The notes below the pieces were generated by a model that was given only the letters and a program-made list of their open reading frames with translations, was not told where the DNA came from and ran no database searches. Source: a virus (Duplodnaviria > Caudoviricetes). From it: 64,000 nt of DNA. Position 1 is the first letter of the stretch. The number at the start of each line of letters is the position of its first letter. Where the stretch lies: IMG/VR virus record IMGVR_UViG_3300016649_000355, one strand, 5' to 3'. The position numbers and the translations under genes were made by a program. This document shows, in pieces, positions 27,185 to 40,000 of this stretch.

Positions 27185-27634
27185 ATGCCGACATATATAG
27201 GATTTTCAACAATAAACGCGAATGAAATAAAATCAACTAATCTTACTTCAGGAGTTGACGGTGGTATAGGTAATACTACTAAGCCATTAATAATGGGAAA
27301 AAAGTATAGATTAGTTGACGAACCACTGGTGATCAGGGATTTTATTAATGCATTATCGATCAGACAGGGAGAAAAGGTTGGCAATCCTGAATATGGCACA
27401 ACACTCTGGAACTTTGTATTTGAACCCAATACTGCTGATACTCAGTTTCAATTAGAAAATGAGATCAGGCGTGTTGCGAATCTTGATCCCAGATTGATAG
27501 TTAACACCGTAAAAGCATTTCCACAAGAAAATGGAATACTTGTCGAAGTAGAGATAGCTATCGCTCCCTTCAATAATGCAGAGATAATAAGTGTGTTTTT
27601 CAGTCAGGCACTTAATCAAGCCATCTTACAATAA
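27185..27634 (+). CDS. gp25: Baseplate wedge / sheath initiator (gp25 family)
   Basis: IRQGEKVGNPEYGTTLWNFVFEP...DPRL motif. Confidence 0.88.
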   Translation: MPTYIGFSTINANEIKSTNLTSGVDGGIGNTTKPLIMGKKYRLVDEPLVIRDFINALSIRQGEKVGNPEYGTTLWNFVFEPNTADTQFQLENEIRRVANLDPRLIVNTVKAFPQENGILVEVEIAIAPFNNAEIISVFFSQALNQAILQ

Positions 27635-27660
27635 CCTTAAAAAAGTGGATTTTTAGGTAT

Positions 27661-27668
27661 GATAAATA
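27661..27668 (+). promoter_or_regulatory. Late promoter box (GATAAATA) for gp6 and the giant protein
   Basis: Intergenic box 19 nt upstream of ATG 27688. Confidence 0.65.
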
Positions 27669-27687
27669 CTTAAAAGAGAATAGGGTT

Positions 27688-30600
27688 ATGGCAACAAGTT
27701 CAAGACAATCTCAATTATTTGGTGTGAATGACTGGAAAGCAATATACCAGACATTCCGTGAAGCTGACTTCCGTAGTTATGACTACGAGACACTGCGCAA
27801 AAGCTTTATCGACTACCTTCGCATTTACTATCCCGAAACATATAACGATTTTATCGAGAGCAGTGAATTCGTTGCATTAATGGATGTTATCGCATTCATG
27901 GGTCAAGGTTTAGCTTTTCGCAATGATCTGAATACCCGCGAAAATTTTATAGACACCGCTGAGAGAAGGGATAGTGTAGTAAAACTGGCTAATTTAGTAA
28001 GTTATACAGCAAAAAGAAATCTTTGTGCTGAGGGCGTGTTAAAAGTAGTTAGCATACAAACAACACAAAATGTAACTGATCTAAACGGTGTAAATCTAAG
28101 CAATATTCCTATATTATGGAATGATCCTGCTAATCCTAATTTTTTAGAGCAATTCAACGCCATCATTAATGCAGCACTTGTAGATTCACAGCGCATAGGT
28201 AGACCCGGAAATAGTGCAGATATTCTTAATGTAAAAACGGATGAGTACTCTATCAGTGTCCCATCAACTGTTCTTCCAGTCGTCCCCTTCACATCTACCG
28301 TTGATACTATCAATATGCCTTTTGAGTTAGTTAGTGTTACTAGTGTTGATAGTCAATCATTATATGAAATACCACCGGCACCTAGCGGCAGATTTAATAT
28401 ATTATATAGAAATGATAGACTTGGATTTGGAAGTCCAAATACTGGATATTTTTTCTATTTTAAACAAGGCACGCTTTTAAATTATGATTTTAATTTAGAG
28501 CAACAGATTTCAAATCAGGTTATCGATATAGATATTCAAGGTGTCAATAATACCGATACATGGTTGTATCAACTAAATGTAAACAACGATCCCAATGGTA
28601 GATTATTATGGAAGCAAGTTCCTAACATCTATGCAGACGCATATCTACAAACTGAGACAAGCGCAAAGAAAATCTTCTCGGTGGGTTCAGGATTCAACGA
28701 TGCGGTAAATTATGTTTTCGGTGATGGAGTCTTTTCTGAAATTCCTGTAGGAAGCTTTAGAGCGTATGTGAGATCCAGTAACGGTCTTACATACACTGTC
28801 GATCCCAATGAAATGCAAGGAATAACTGTATCTTTCACATATGTGTCTAGGTTAGGTAGAGCAGAAACATTGACTGTTGTTTTATCTTTGCAATTGCCGG
28901 TATCTAATGCACAGGCTAGAGAAAGCCTGTCAAGCATCAAGCAACGGGCTCCCACAAGATACTATACACAAAATAGAATGGTTAACGGAGAAGACTACAA
29001 CAACTTTCCATATACCTTGTATAGTTCAATAATTAAATCAAAAGCAGTCAACCGTAGTTCTGTGGGTGTTTCAAAAAATATTGATTTATTAGATCCCACA
29101 GGAAAATATTCCAGTACTAATTCTTTTGCAAGTGATGGCGCATTATATAGTGATGATACTGATGGTGCATTGACCTTGCAAATTTTTACATTGGGTAATA
29201 TTATCACCTTCTTAACAGATACTTTATCTTCAGTTTTATCATCTAATAGAGCTATTCAATATTATGTTGCTAATTATTCAAGATACAATATTAATTCTTC
29301 GTCCGGTGATGGAACAGTATATTGGCAAACAAGCACTGTCGATTCTAACTCTGAAACAGGTTATTTTTATATAATTAGTAACAACATTGATACTCCCATA
29401 GCATTAGGAACATATTCTACAAACAATGTAAAATATGTCACCAACGGTGCCTTGATAAAATTTGTTGCTCCCTCTGGTTTCTATTTTGATAATAATAATC
29501 GATTGGTAGCAGGCATCCCCCCATCTGAAAATCAAACTTATTTTTGGACATCAGTATTAAATGTGATCGGGGACGGATACAATAACGGTGAGGGGCAGTT
29601 TTCTAACGGAACGGGACCCGTAGTATTAAATGGATATGTCCCTTCAGGTGCAGTACTTACTGAAGTACTTCCAGCTTTTGATAGCACTTTACCTAACGAT
29701 GTAGTGCAAGAAGCAATTGTAAGAATGGAGTTACAACAAAATTTCTCACTGGTTTTTAATAATTCATTATCTATAAATCAAAATAGGTGGATAATTAGAC
29801 CATACAGTGAAACGAATTATTTTGTAAACTTTTTAAGCAATGGAAATAACAGATATACTGTTACATATAAATCATTAGCATATTATTTTGGTAGTGTGAG
29901 TGATGTTAGATTTGCATTTGAAGCTGATAAGTTAGTATATGATCCCTTTTCAGGAAAAATTTTACAGGATTTTGTAAATGTGTTAGCAACTAACACACAA
30001 CCCTCTTCAAATAACCCTCTGTCAAATAATATAATTTTAAATGTCATCGGTCAAACAGTAGAATCAGATGGATATATCAACGACTTTGAGGTAGAAGTTT
30101 CTACTACTGATGTCAATAATAGATCATTGATCACGAATCCAGACTTTTTCAACATCGTGACGGGTTACACTGTTGGCAATGCTAACATTGGAATCTATGT
30201 ATTTTTTGAAGAAATACAGGATGCGATAAGCTTAACAAGATTGCAGATTGTTCCAACCAGTGAGGTAGTGTTTTCGTATCCTACAAAAACTCAAATAGAA
30301 ACTGTAAAATATGATTATCCATTGGGTCAATTATTCTATGCCTATACTGATAATAAATTTTACATTTCAGTTCAAGATCAGGCAATCAATACTCCTTTTT
30401 ACACTTTGGTGGAGCAACCACAGTATAGTGTTAAACCCGGTAGACAGGCATTAGCATATCAATATAGACACAATTCAAATAATACAACACGCATCGATCC
30501 AGCAACCACAAATATCATCGATTTATATCTAGTAACACAGGCATACTATACACAGTATCAAAATTACATACAAGATACGACAGGTAGTGTAACAGAACCT

Positions 30601-31065
30601 GCTAGACCCACAATCAATGAGTTGAATGCTGCATATGGGCAATTACAAGATTACAAGATGCTTAGTGATAGTGTGGTGCCTAACAGTGTTATTTTTAAAC
30701 CGTTATTTGGTTCAAAGGCTGCTCCAGCATTGAGAGCCACGATCAAGGTGATCAAAAATTCAAATACTGATGCAAGTGATAGTGAGATCAGGAGTTCAGT
30801 ACTTGCTGCTATGAATTCTTACTTTAATATCAATAATTGGAATTTTGGGGATACTTTTTATTTTTCAGAATTAAGTGCATATCTGCACTCTGAAGTAGGA
30901 GAACTAATCAGTTCCGCTGTTCTCGTTCCAAATGATCCTACAATGAAATTTGGCGATCTTTATGAAATAAAATCAGCACCCTATGAAATTTTTGTTAATG
31001 CCGCCACAGCAACAGATGTTCAAGTTATAGCTGCATTGACGCCCACTGAGCTACAAATTGGATAA
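27688..31065 (+). CDS. gp6: Baseplate wedge subunit (gp6 family)
   Basis: SYDYETLR..YND.IESSEFVALMD.IA..TAERRDSV..LA..Y; FGDG.F..IP; QNRMVNGEDY motifs. Confidence 0.88.
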   Translation: MATSSRQSQLFGVNDWKAIYQTFREADFRSYDYETLRKSFIDYLRIYYPETYNDFIESSEFVALMDVIAFMGQGLAFRNDLNTRENFIDTAERRDSVVKLANLVSYTAKRNLCAEGVLKVVSIQTTQNVTDLNGVNLSNIPILWNDPANPNFLEQFNAIINAALVDSQRIGRPGNSADILNVKTDEYSISVPSTVLPVVPFTSTVDTINMPFELVSVTSVDSQSLYEIPPAPSGRFNILYRNDRLGFGSPNTGYFFYFKQGTLLNYDFNLEQQISNQVIDIDIQGVNNTDTWLYQLNVNNDPNGRLLWKQVPNIYADAYLQTETSAKKIFSVGSGFNDAVNYVFGDGVFSEIPVGSFRAYVRSSNGLTYTVDPNEMQGITVSFTYVSRLGRAETLTVVLSLQLPVSNAQARESLSSIKQRAPTRYYTQNRMVNGEDYNNFPYTLYSSIIKSKAVNRSSVGVSKNIDLLDPTGKYSSTNSFASDGALYSDDTDGALTLQIFTLGNIITFLTDTLSSVLSSNRAIQYYVANYSRYNINSSSGDGTVYWQTSTVDSNSETGYFYIISNNIDTPIALGTYSTNNVKYVTNGALIKFVAPSGFYFDNNNRLVAGIPPSENQTYFWTSVLNVIGDGYNNGEGQFSNGTGPVVLNGYVPSGAVLTEVLPAFDSTLPNDVVQEAIVRMELQQNFSLVFNNSLSINQNRWIIRPYSETNYFVNFLSNGNNRYTVTYKSLAYYFGSVSDVRFAFEADKLVYDPFSGKILQDFVNVLATNTQPSSNNPLSNNIILNVIGQTVESDGYINDFEVEVSTTDVNNRSLITNPDFFNIVTGYTVGNANIGIYVFFEEIQDAISLTRLQIVPTSEVVFSYPTKTQIETVKYDYPLGQLFYAYTDNKFYISVQDQAINTPFYTLVEQPQYSVKPGRQALAYQYRHNSNNTTRIDPATTNIIDLYLVTQAYYTQYQNYIQDTTGSVTEPARPTINELNAAYGQLQDYKMLSDSVVPNSVIFKPLFGSKAAPALRATIKVIKNSNTDASDSEIRSSVLAAMNSYFNINNWNFGDTFYFSELSAYLHSEVGELISSAVLVPNDPTMKFGDLYEIKSAPYEIFVNAATATDVQVIAALTPTELQIG

Positions 31066-31070
31066 GTATA

Positions 31071-34000
31071 ATGGCTACGAGAATTAGAACGCTTAATTTT
31101 TTACCGGAAGTTTTTAAGACCCCAACTAATGCACAGTTCTTAAATGCAACATTAGACCAGATCGTATCACAGCCTGCAGTCAGAAGAGTTGAAGGTTACA
31201 TAGGTAGTAAATTGGGTTATGGAATAAATGCCAAAGATTATTATGTAACAGAACCTACTAAAGTAAGAACGGATTACCAGCTTGATCCCGGAATCGTCAC
31301 AACAAAAATCGATGAAAGTACGGCTAAAGATTTTATCTCATATCCCGGTTTATTAGATAGTATCAAGTTAAATGGCGGCATCACAGATAATAACAGTAGG
31401 TTATTCAAGAGTCAGATTTATTCGTGGGACTCATTTACCGATCTAGATAAAATAATAAACTTCAATCAATACTATTGGTTGCCTGACGGCCCCGAAGCAG
31501 TGACAGTAGCAAGCGATACGATTTATAGTACCACCGATTATCTTGTTACAGATGTGATAAATGGTTATCAAATAAATCCTTTAGGTCAGTCAGGCGGAGC
31601 TTTAAACCCAACATTGACACTTTTAAGGGGCGGTACTTATAGATTTTCAGTAAATCAACTCACACAATTTTGGATTCAAGGCGAGCCCGGGGTAACTGGA
31701 TTCGATCCTTCCCAACCTAATATACAAACTAGAGATATATTAGGAGTAGAAAATAATGGCGCCACAAATGGAATAGTAACTTTTACAGTACCTAGTAAAG
31801 ATGCACAAAGTCAGTATAATTTTCCAGGAAATAATATTGTCGATGTAGTGAGTACCAGTACTTTTGCAGAAATTAATGGTAGACGAATAAGTGATATAGG
31901 TTCGATTGATGGAATAACTAGTCTCGATGGGTTAACTGTTATGTTTTATGAGACCGGTTTACCTAATGAAGTTGGGTATGTGTCAAAATTTTATGATGCG
32001 ACCCCCTATGATAATAACGGTGGATTCGTATCTCCCATAACTATACAAGTAACAAATACATCAAGCACTGGAAATTTAATTACCTGCGATTCTACTGCTA
32101 ATTTATCAGTTAATTCTTCGATAACTTTTAGTGGCGTACCATTTGGCAACCTAACAACGGGTACAATTTATTATGTGCTTACTGTAGATAGTGCTACAGA
32201 ATTTACTATTTCTGAATCGATAGGGGGTTCACCCGTCGCATTAGTTAATGCTAGTGGAACCCTGACAGGTAATGTCAACCAAGGTTTATTTGAAGAGGGT
32301 TATTACACAACTGTAAATCAATATTTTTATAGAATTACTTATGTAGGTGATCTTTCTGATCCCGTGATAAGTTTGACTCCTGAAGTTGAAATACCGATAA
32401 ACGAAAAAATTACTGCTAAATTTGGAACAGAATTTATTAATAGAAACTTTTATAAGAGCAGTGCTGGTAATATAATAATTTATCCTTATCTGAGTGCTAT
32501 ACTTGATACCCTTTATTATCAAGATGGTACGAGTGATAATAAAGTAGGAGTAATTAGATTAATCGAAAGCAATGTAACAAATAGTATTGATGTTGAAACT
32601 GATATCTTAGGCAAGGTAAATTATACAGCACCCAACGGTGTTGTATTTACAAATGGATTGAAGGTGGAATTTAATGGAAGTATAGAACCAGCATCTTATT
32701 TGACGGGTGAATACTATGTAGAGGGTGTAGGTACTGCCATAGAACTGATACCAACAAATCAATTAATTGCGCCAGAACCATTTACAGTTGGAAATTTTAT
32801 TCCCTATGATACAACCCCCTATGACATAGGAAATTATGATAGTAATCTGTATATCCCGGCTACGCCCGATTATATAACTATCGCTAGAAATTCTATCAAT
32901 AAAAATGCATGGTCAAGAAGTAATAGGTGGTTTCATGTCGATGTGATTAACGCAACAGCACAGTATAATAACAACCCTGATTTAGCGACATTATATGCAA
33001 CTGCTGAAGCCAAAGCTAAAAGACCTATTATTGAATTTTATCCAAATCTTGCCTTATTCAACTCAGGTGTTATAGGTAAAGATTTTATCGATTTTATAGA
33101 TTTCAGAACTACGGATGCCTTTTCACAGGTAGCCGGTCAGCAAAATTATTATCCTGATGTCACTGCATATTCGACCTATAGTGCAAGCATTACCGGGGTC
33201 ACCGCAAATATTGTAAGAAGTGTTACCGACACTACCGCATCGGGAAATTTTATAACATGCTCTAGTACAACAGGATTTCATGTGAACGATAAAGTGGTAT
33301 TTACTGGTACTGTGTTCGGTGGAGTAATCGTTAATGCAACATATTATATCGAAAGTATCGTTGACAGCACCAAATTTACAATTTCTTCAGAGCAGAATGG
33401 CGAGGTATTTGTATTGTCAACAGCTTCAGGCACAATGACCGCGACCATTACTCCCTTGACTACAACAATTACAGTCTCGTCAGATGCGATAACAGGAAAT
33501 ATTGCAGTTAATCAATATATCACAGACTCCACTAATCTATTACCCAGAAACTCTATTGTGACAGATATTTCAGGAACATCAACATTAACTTTAACAGTTA
33601 CTTGGAATACTCCTGAATTTTTCACATCGTCAATTAACTCATCATCTTTGATATTTACTGATACTACCAATGACAATTATGCGTTATTTGAGGGGTCCCG
33701 TGTAGTATTCGCTAATGATACTGATCCCGAAGTTAGAAATAAAATTTATGTATCCAGATTTTCTACTGTTACAGGAACTTCTACTCCAGTCATCACATTG
33801 ACACCTGCTCAAGATGGTTCAGTACTGCCTAAAGATCAAACTGTTGCTTTCAGGGGCTACAACAATCAAGGTAAAGATTTTTATTTTGACGGCACAGACT
33901 GGAATCTGTCACAACAAAAAACAGATGTTAATCAACCGCCACTATTTGATATATTTGACGAAAACGGTATAAGTTTCGGAGATAGTGAAATATATGTTGG

Positions 34001-37000
34001 TACATCATTTCAAGGAAACAAACTCTTTGCCTATGGAATAGGTTCAGGCATCGACGATATATATCTTGGTTTTCCAATAAGATATAGCTCTATAGACAAT
34101 GTTGGTGATATAAATTTTGATGTTTCTTTAAATTTAGATACTTTTGATTATGTAAGAAATAGTCAACCCATCACGCAAAAAGTAAACACTGGATATGTGT
34201 ATAATTATACCACTAGAACTATTTTTGAAAGGGAATTGGGCTGGCAAACTGCTATCGCAGATAGCACACAATATCAGGTTTTTCAATTTCCATATGTATT
34301 AGGTCAAGTAAGCCTCTCTTTTACTTGTGACATCGCTAAATTATCAGATGATGATTCTGCATGGCCTACAATACAAGTTTTTAACAATAACAATTTTTTA
34401 TCTTCAGATGAATATGTAGTAGATACTACCTCTACTACCACAATTATAACACTTAATCAAGCACCGACTGAGGATACTGTCATCGAAATTTTATTATTGA
34501 GTGATCAGGTAAGCAATCAAGCTTATTATACTATTCCAGTCAATCTTTCAAATAATCCATTGAATGGTGATCTAACAACAGCAGATTTAGGCGATATTCG
34601 CGGGCATTATCAAAGTATTTTTTATAACAATCCCGACACCACGGGTCCCGTGTTTGGCGCTAATAATTACAGGGATCTAGGAAACATCGTACCGTACGGT
34701 ACAAGAATCATTCAGAATAGTGCAAGTTTAGTATTACCCGGGCTATTTTCAAGAAATTCTCAATACAATTTATCAAATGCATTGTTGTTTAATAGTCGTC
34801 AATATATTACTTTTAAAACATTATTGGTAGATACAATCAATAAAACTGCTTATGAGCAAAGATATAATCCAGCTGAAATTTTAGATGCCGCCTTAGATGT
34901 GATCACTTCCTATAAAGTTGATACAGAACCATTCTTTTGGAGTGATATGATTCCATCTAAAGCAGCTTTTATAACTAATACATATTCATTTGCAAACAGC
35001 CTCGATGTTAGTATATATCCATTAAGTAGAATTTATAATTTTAATACTGCAAATTATTACGGTGTATTAGTATATCTTACCCGTACAGTCGACGGCTTTA
35101 CTTTCACGCAGCAATTGATAAAAAATGTTGATTATACAATCAGTGAAGACAGTCCTTCATTAACGGTGACATTGGACTTACTAGCAAATGATCAGATCAC
35201 GATCAAAGAATACAATCAAACATATGGTAGCTATGTCCCTAATACTCCAACTAAGTTAGGATTATATCCATCTTTTGTTCCTGAAGTCGTACTTGATTCC
35301 GCCTATACCGTGCCCACTTATTTTATAAGGGGCCATGATGGCTCATACACAAAACTTTATGGAGACTATATTCCTGAAACTAACACACTAATTGATTTTA
35401 GAGATCAAGGTCTATTGGAATTTGAAAAGCGTATCTATAATAATTTAAAATTAAGCAGTGCAATCCCCATTAATTTTTATGATGTGATCCCCGGATTTTC
35501 TAGAGATACAGATTACACCTGGGATGAAATCATGCAAATTTATTCACCTTTATTTTTAACATGGGTGGGCGAGAACAGAATTGATTATAAGACTCAATTA
35601 TACAATTCAGGAAATCAATTTACATATAACTATTCAGATTCAGGGAATAAAGTCAACAAAAAACCCATACAACAAGGTTACTGGAGAGGAGTTTATAGTT
35701 ACTTTTATGATAGTGTGAATCCCGATACCGCCCCCTGGGAAATGATAGGTTATAGTGATCAGCCCGGCTGGTGGACATCTAGATATGGTCCTGCCCCATA
35801 CACTAGCGATAACCTAATATTATGGAACGATTTAGCACAGGGTATAGATTATAATGACGGAATTCCTAGGGTATTACCTCAATATATTAGACCTGAATTA
35901 TTACAAATTTTACCGGTAGATTCTAATGGTAATTTATTGAGCCCATTCAATTCTATCGTTGGAAATTACAATGGAAATACATTTAGAAAAGACTGGAAAG
36001 TGGGGGATGACAGCCCGGCGGAATTCAGCTACAGAAGAAGTAGTTCATGGCCATTCGATCTAATGCGCCTCTATTCTCTCACACAGCCTGCTAATTTCTT
36101 TAATCTGGGAGTAGACCTTGACAATTATAGATATAGTGATGAATTCGATCAATACCTAGTTAATGATAGAAGCCATTTGATATTGAATCAAATTCAAATC
36201 TATGGCTCGGGCACCGCCAAAACTAGTTACATAAACTGGATAGTTGATTATGAAAAACAATTAGGAGTTAATTCTACTGAGGCGATCACCGACCTGTTAA
36301 ACAATGTAGATGTAAGATTAGTCTATAGATTGGCAGGCTTTAGTGATAAAACCTTGCTTAAATTTTATGTTGAGAAAGGCACACCTAATAGTAGAAATGC
36401 TAGCTTATTGATTCCTGATGAGAGTTATACTGTATTATTGTATGATAATCAACCATTTGATAGAATCATATATTCGGGGGTCGTGGTACAAAAAACAAAC
36501 GATGGTTACAAAGTATACGGAAATTCTCAGACAGAAACTTACTTTAGAATCAGCAAACCTGAAAACAACGGTAAATTCATCAATCTTGATGTAGAAGGTG
36601 TAAAAATAAAATTAGCAACTGATTATACTTCGCAAACTATTCTTGTTCCCTATGGGTATCAGTTTGGTAGCATACAAGAAGTTTCTCAGTTCCTAATGAG
36701 TTATGGTAACAGGCTTCAACAGCAAGGGATGAAGTTTGATAAGATAGAAAACGGCATTGAAGTTACATGGCAGCAGATGGTTTTAGAATTTGCTTATTGG
36801 TCTCAGACTGGCTGGGAAATTGGAAGCATAGTTACAATCAATCCGGCAGCCACACAAATTCAGATCGAAAAAGATAGCTATGTTGTCCAGCCATTGACGA
36901 TTCAAAGACAGAATTTTATATTGAATCAAAATTTATATCCCATTCAGACAAAAGATTTGAATATCCTCAGGGATGAGACATTGTTCAATGTCGAACCGTT

Positions 37001-40000
37001 GAATCCGGGAGATGCTTTAAGTTATGGTCAATTTGATATTTCAAACTTTGAGCATGGTATAGTATTTGATAATGTTACACTGTTTAATGATGTAATTTAT
37101 AATCTTGTAACAGGTCTCAGGCAAAATCGCATATTGTTGAGGGGCACCAAGACAGCAGAATGGAACGGTACAGTAACTACTTCAGGATTCATTCTCAATC
37201 AAGATAATATCTTGACCTGGCAACAAGGTGTAAAATATACGAAGGGTGCTATTGTAAAATATAAAAACAAATACTGGACTGCGATTAAAATTATCGAAGC
37301 TAAGACAGTTTTTGATGAACTAGATTGGAAAGTTACAGATTACAATGAGATTCAAAAAGGTCTATTACCCAATAGTAGCACAAGATCATATGAGAGTACA
37401 TTGTATTTTAATTGCAATAGAACAAATCTAGAAAGAGATGGAGATCTATTAGCATTCTCGTTGATAGGTTATAGGCCCCGTGATTATCTAGCATTAGCTG
37501 ATCTTACCGATGTCACGCAAATCAATGTATATAAAAACTTAATTAAGATGAAAGGTACCCGTGACGCAGCAAGGGCATTTAAAGGTGCTACCTTACCCCA
37601 AGGTGGAATTGATTATGATATCTATGAAAATTGGGCGATAAAATCTGCTGAATTCGGTGGTGTGCTAAGTGATAATTTTGTTGAATTTAAAGTCAACGAA
37701 AAATACATGACAGGAAATCCCAGCATTGTTGGTTTAACTAATGGTGTATACACAGAAGGTGTGCAGCAGGAAGTTCCAATTTATTCATTGTATAATTACA
37801 ATCAACCTATAAACAACCCATCTATTTTAACAACTATTCCTGTAGATACCCCTGACATATTATATCCGTCGGCAGGATATGTAAACTACAACGATGTAAA
37901 GATGTCGGCGTATTACTACGCTAACATGCCAAATGGTGTGGATAAAAATAATCAATTAGTGCCTATATCTGATCTTTATGTGCGCGATTACATATGGCTT
38001 GCTGATTACTTAGGTACTTGGCAGGTGTATACTCCTGCTTCAAATGGGCAGATTATTTTTGTTAAAAATAATTTAAATGGTACTGCCACCATACAATTTG
38101 CCGAACCCCACAATTTGAACCAATACGGCATATTTGCAATAGTCAATTTTAATATTAATGTGAATGGCTATTATGTTGTTCAGCTTGTGGTTGACCCTTA
38201 TAGAGTAATAGTAAATTTAAACTTAAACACATCTGTGCGTGAGATTTCAGGTCAAGGTATCGCATTGAACTTTGAAAATCAGCGCGTAGCTGAACCATCT
38301 GATATCATAAATTTAAATCTGTTAGGTTCTGAATTTGCGAAAAATAAAGTATGGGTAGATACAAATAATGATGGTTCGTGGGCAGTATATAGAAAGTCAT
38401 TAAACTATCAATATGAAAAAGAATTTTTAAAAGACAATACACAAACATTTGGTAGTGCTGTGGCTTACACCAATGAATTGGGTTATCTGATAGGCGATGC
38501 CGATGATGGTAATGTGTATAGATATACATTCAGCCCCTTAGTAGAAGATTACACTGTCACTCAGACATTAACTTTTGGTCCGTCATTTGGAACCACGATA
38601 GTCCACGAACAAGAAATATTTGTTATAAGTGAGCCTACAAATACTCCACGAGTTCATATTTACGAATTACTGAATACGGCTGCAAGCAAAGATTTAACAT
38701 CTTACCAATCACCTATATCACGGCCTGGACCAGTGACTGGAGAATGGGGAACAGCATTAGCATTATCAGGTGATAAGAAATGGCTATACATCTCAGCATA
38801 CGAGGATGCATTAGTATATGTGTACCGTTTATCTCAAATTAGCAATGAGTATGAGTTCTCAAACACTATCGACGGTACCGCATTAGGACTAACTGGATCG
38901 GATAAATTTGGCTATAGCATAACAACTGATTATTACGGTGACACTGTGGTGATCGGAAGCCCCAATGAAGACTATGATGTGACTACTGATAACTGGGGTC
39001 GTGCTTATGTATACTACAGATCGACACAGAATTTTGAAGCACAGTATACAAGCATACCTAATGTTGCGCAGACATTTGCTCTTGGTTGGTCTCCGACAAC
39101 CACAACAATAACTGTAACTGCCACAACCGCCAGCAACGATAGATTTACATGTGCCGATAGCAGCTTATTTGATGATGATCAACCGGTATTATTCTCAGGA
39201 ACTATTATTGCTGACAGCAATGTAAGTCCCGACACCGTATATTATATATATGACAAGCCCACCGGCACAACCTTTAGACTTACTACTGTGAGGGGAGAAT
39301 TAGCGAATATAGTTGACATATTAGCTAACGGTTCAGGGTCTATGACTATGACTGTACAGGACACGCCCTTATATGTATCAGTTAATGGAATATTGGTGGA
39401 AGATAATAACTACGGCGTGATAGGCAGTACCTTCTATTACACCGGGTCACTGATTGCAGGTGATATTGTTAATGTCAGCGGAAATGAATTTGTAAAATTA
39501 CAAACATTGACTACAGAAACTACGCCTAGGGTCGGTGTGCATTTTGGTCAAAGCTTAGACACCACTGGATTCGGTATGGAAATTATCGTAGGTGCGCCAT
39601 TTGAACTGAACACACAAAATCAAGAAGGTGCAGCATACAGATACACCAATGGCGGTGAAAGATATGGATTAGTGATAGGCACTGGGGTTGTTGATGTTAC
39701 GGCTACTAGAATATTGTTGATAAATGGATTCAGTGTAACTATTCCTGTAGGCAGTGCTAGCGTAGCCGCAAATGCAATTAACGGATCAGGAGTGTCAAAT
39801 GTTCAAGCACTTGCAAATGCTGATGGCACATTAACTATCCAATTAATAAACAGCAATCTCGCACAGGTTAATAACAAATTAAGTTTAGCAGCATTTTCTG
39901 AAACTACCCTCAATGAATTGGGAATAAATTTATACACACAAACACAAATCATTAATTGTCCCCATGTGCAAGGTCCTACACAATTTGGATCTACAGTAAA

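Noticed and set aside
31061-31068. GATAAGTA box before the giant gene
   Set aside because: Only 2 nt from the ATG and made largely of the gp6 stop codon; too close to yield a translatable transcript.
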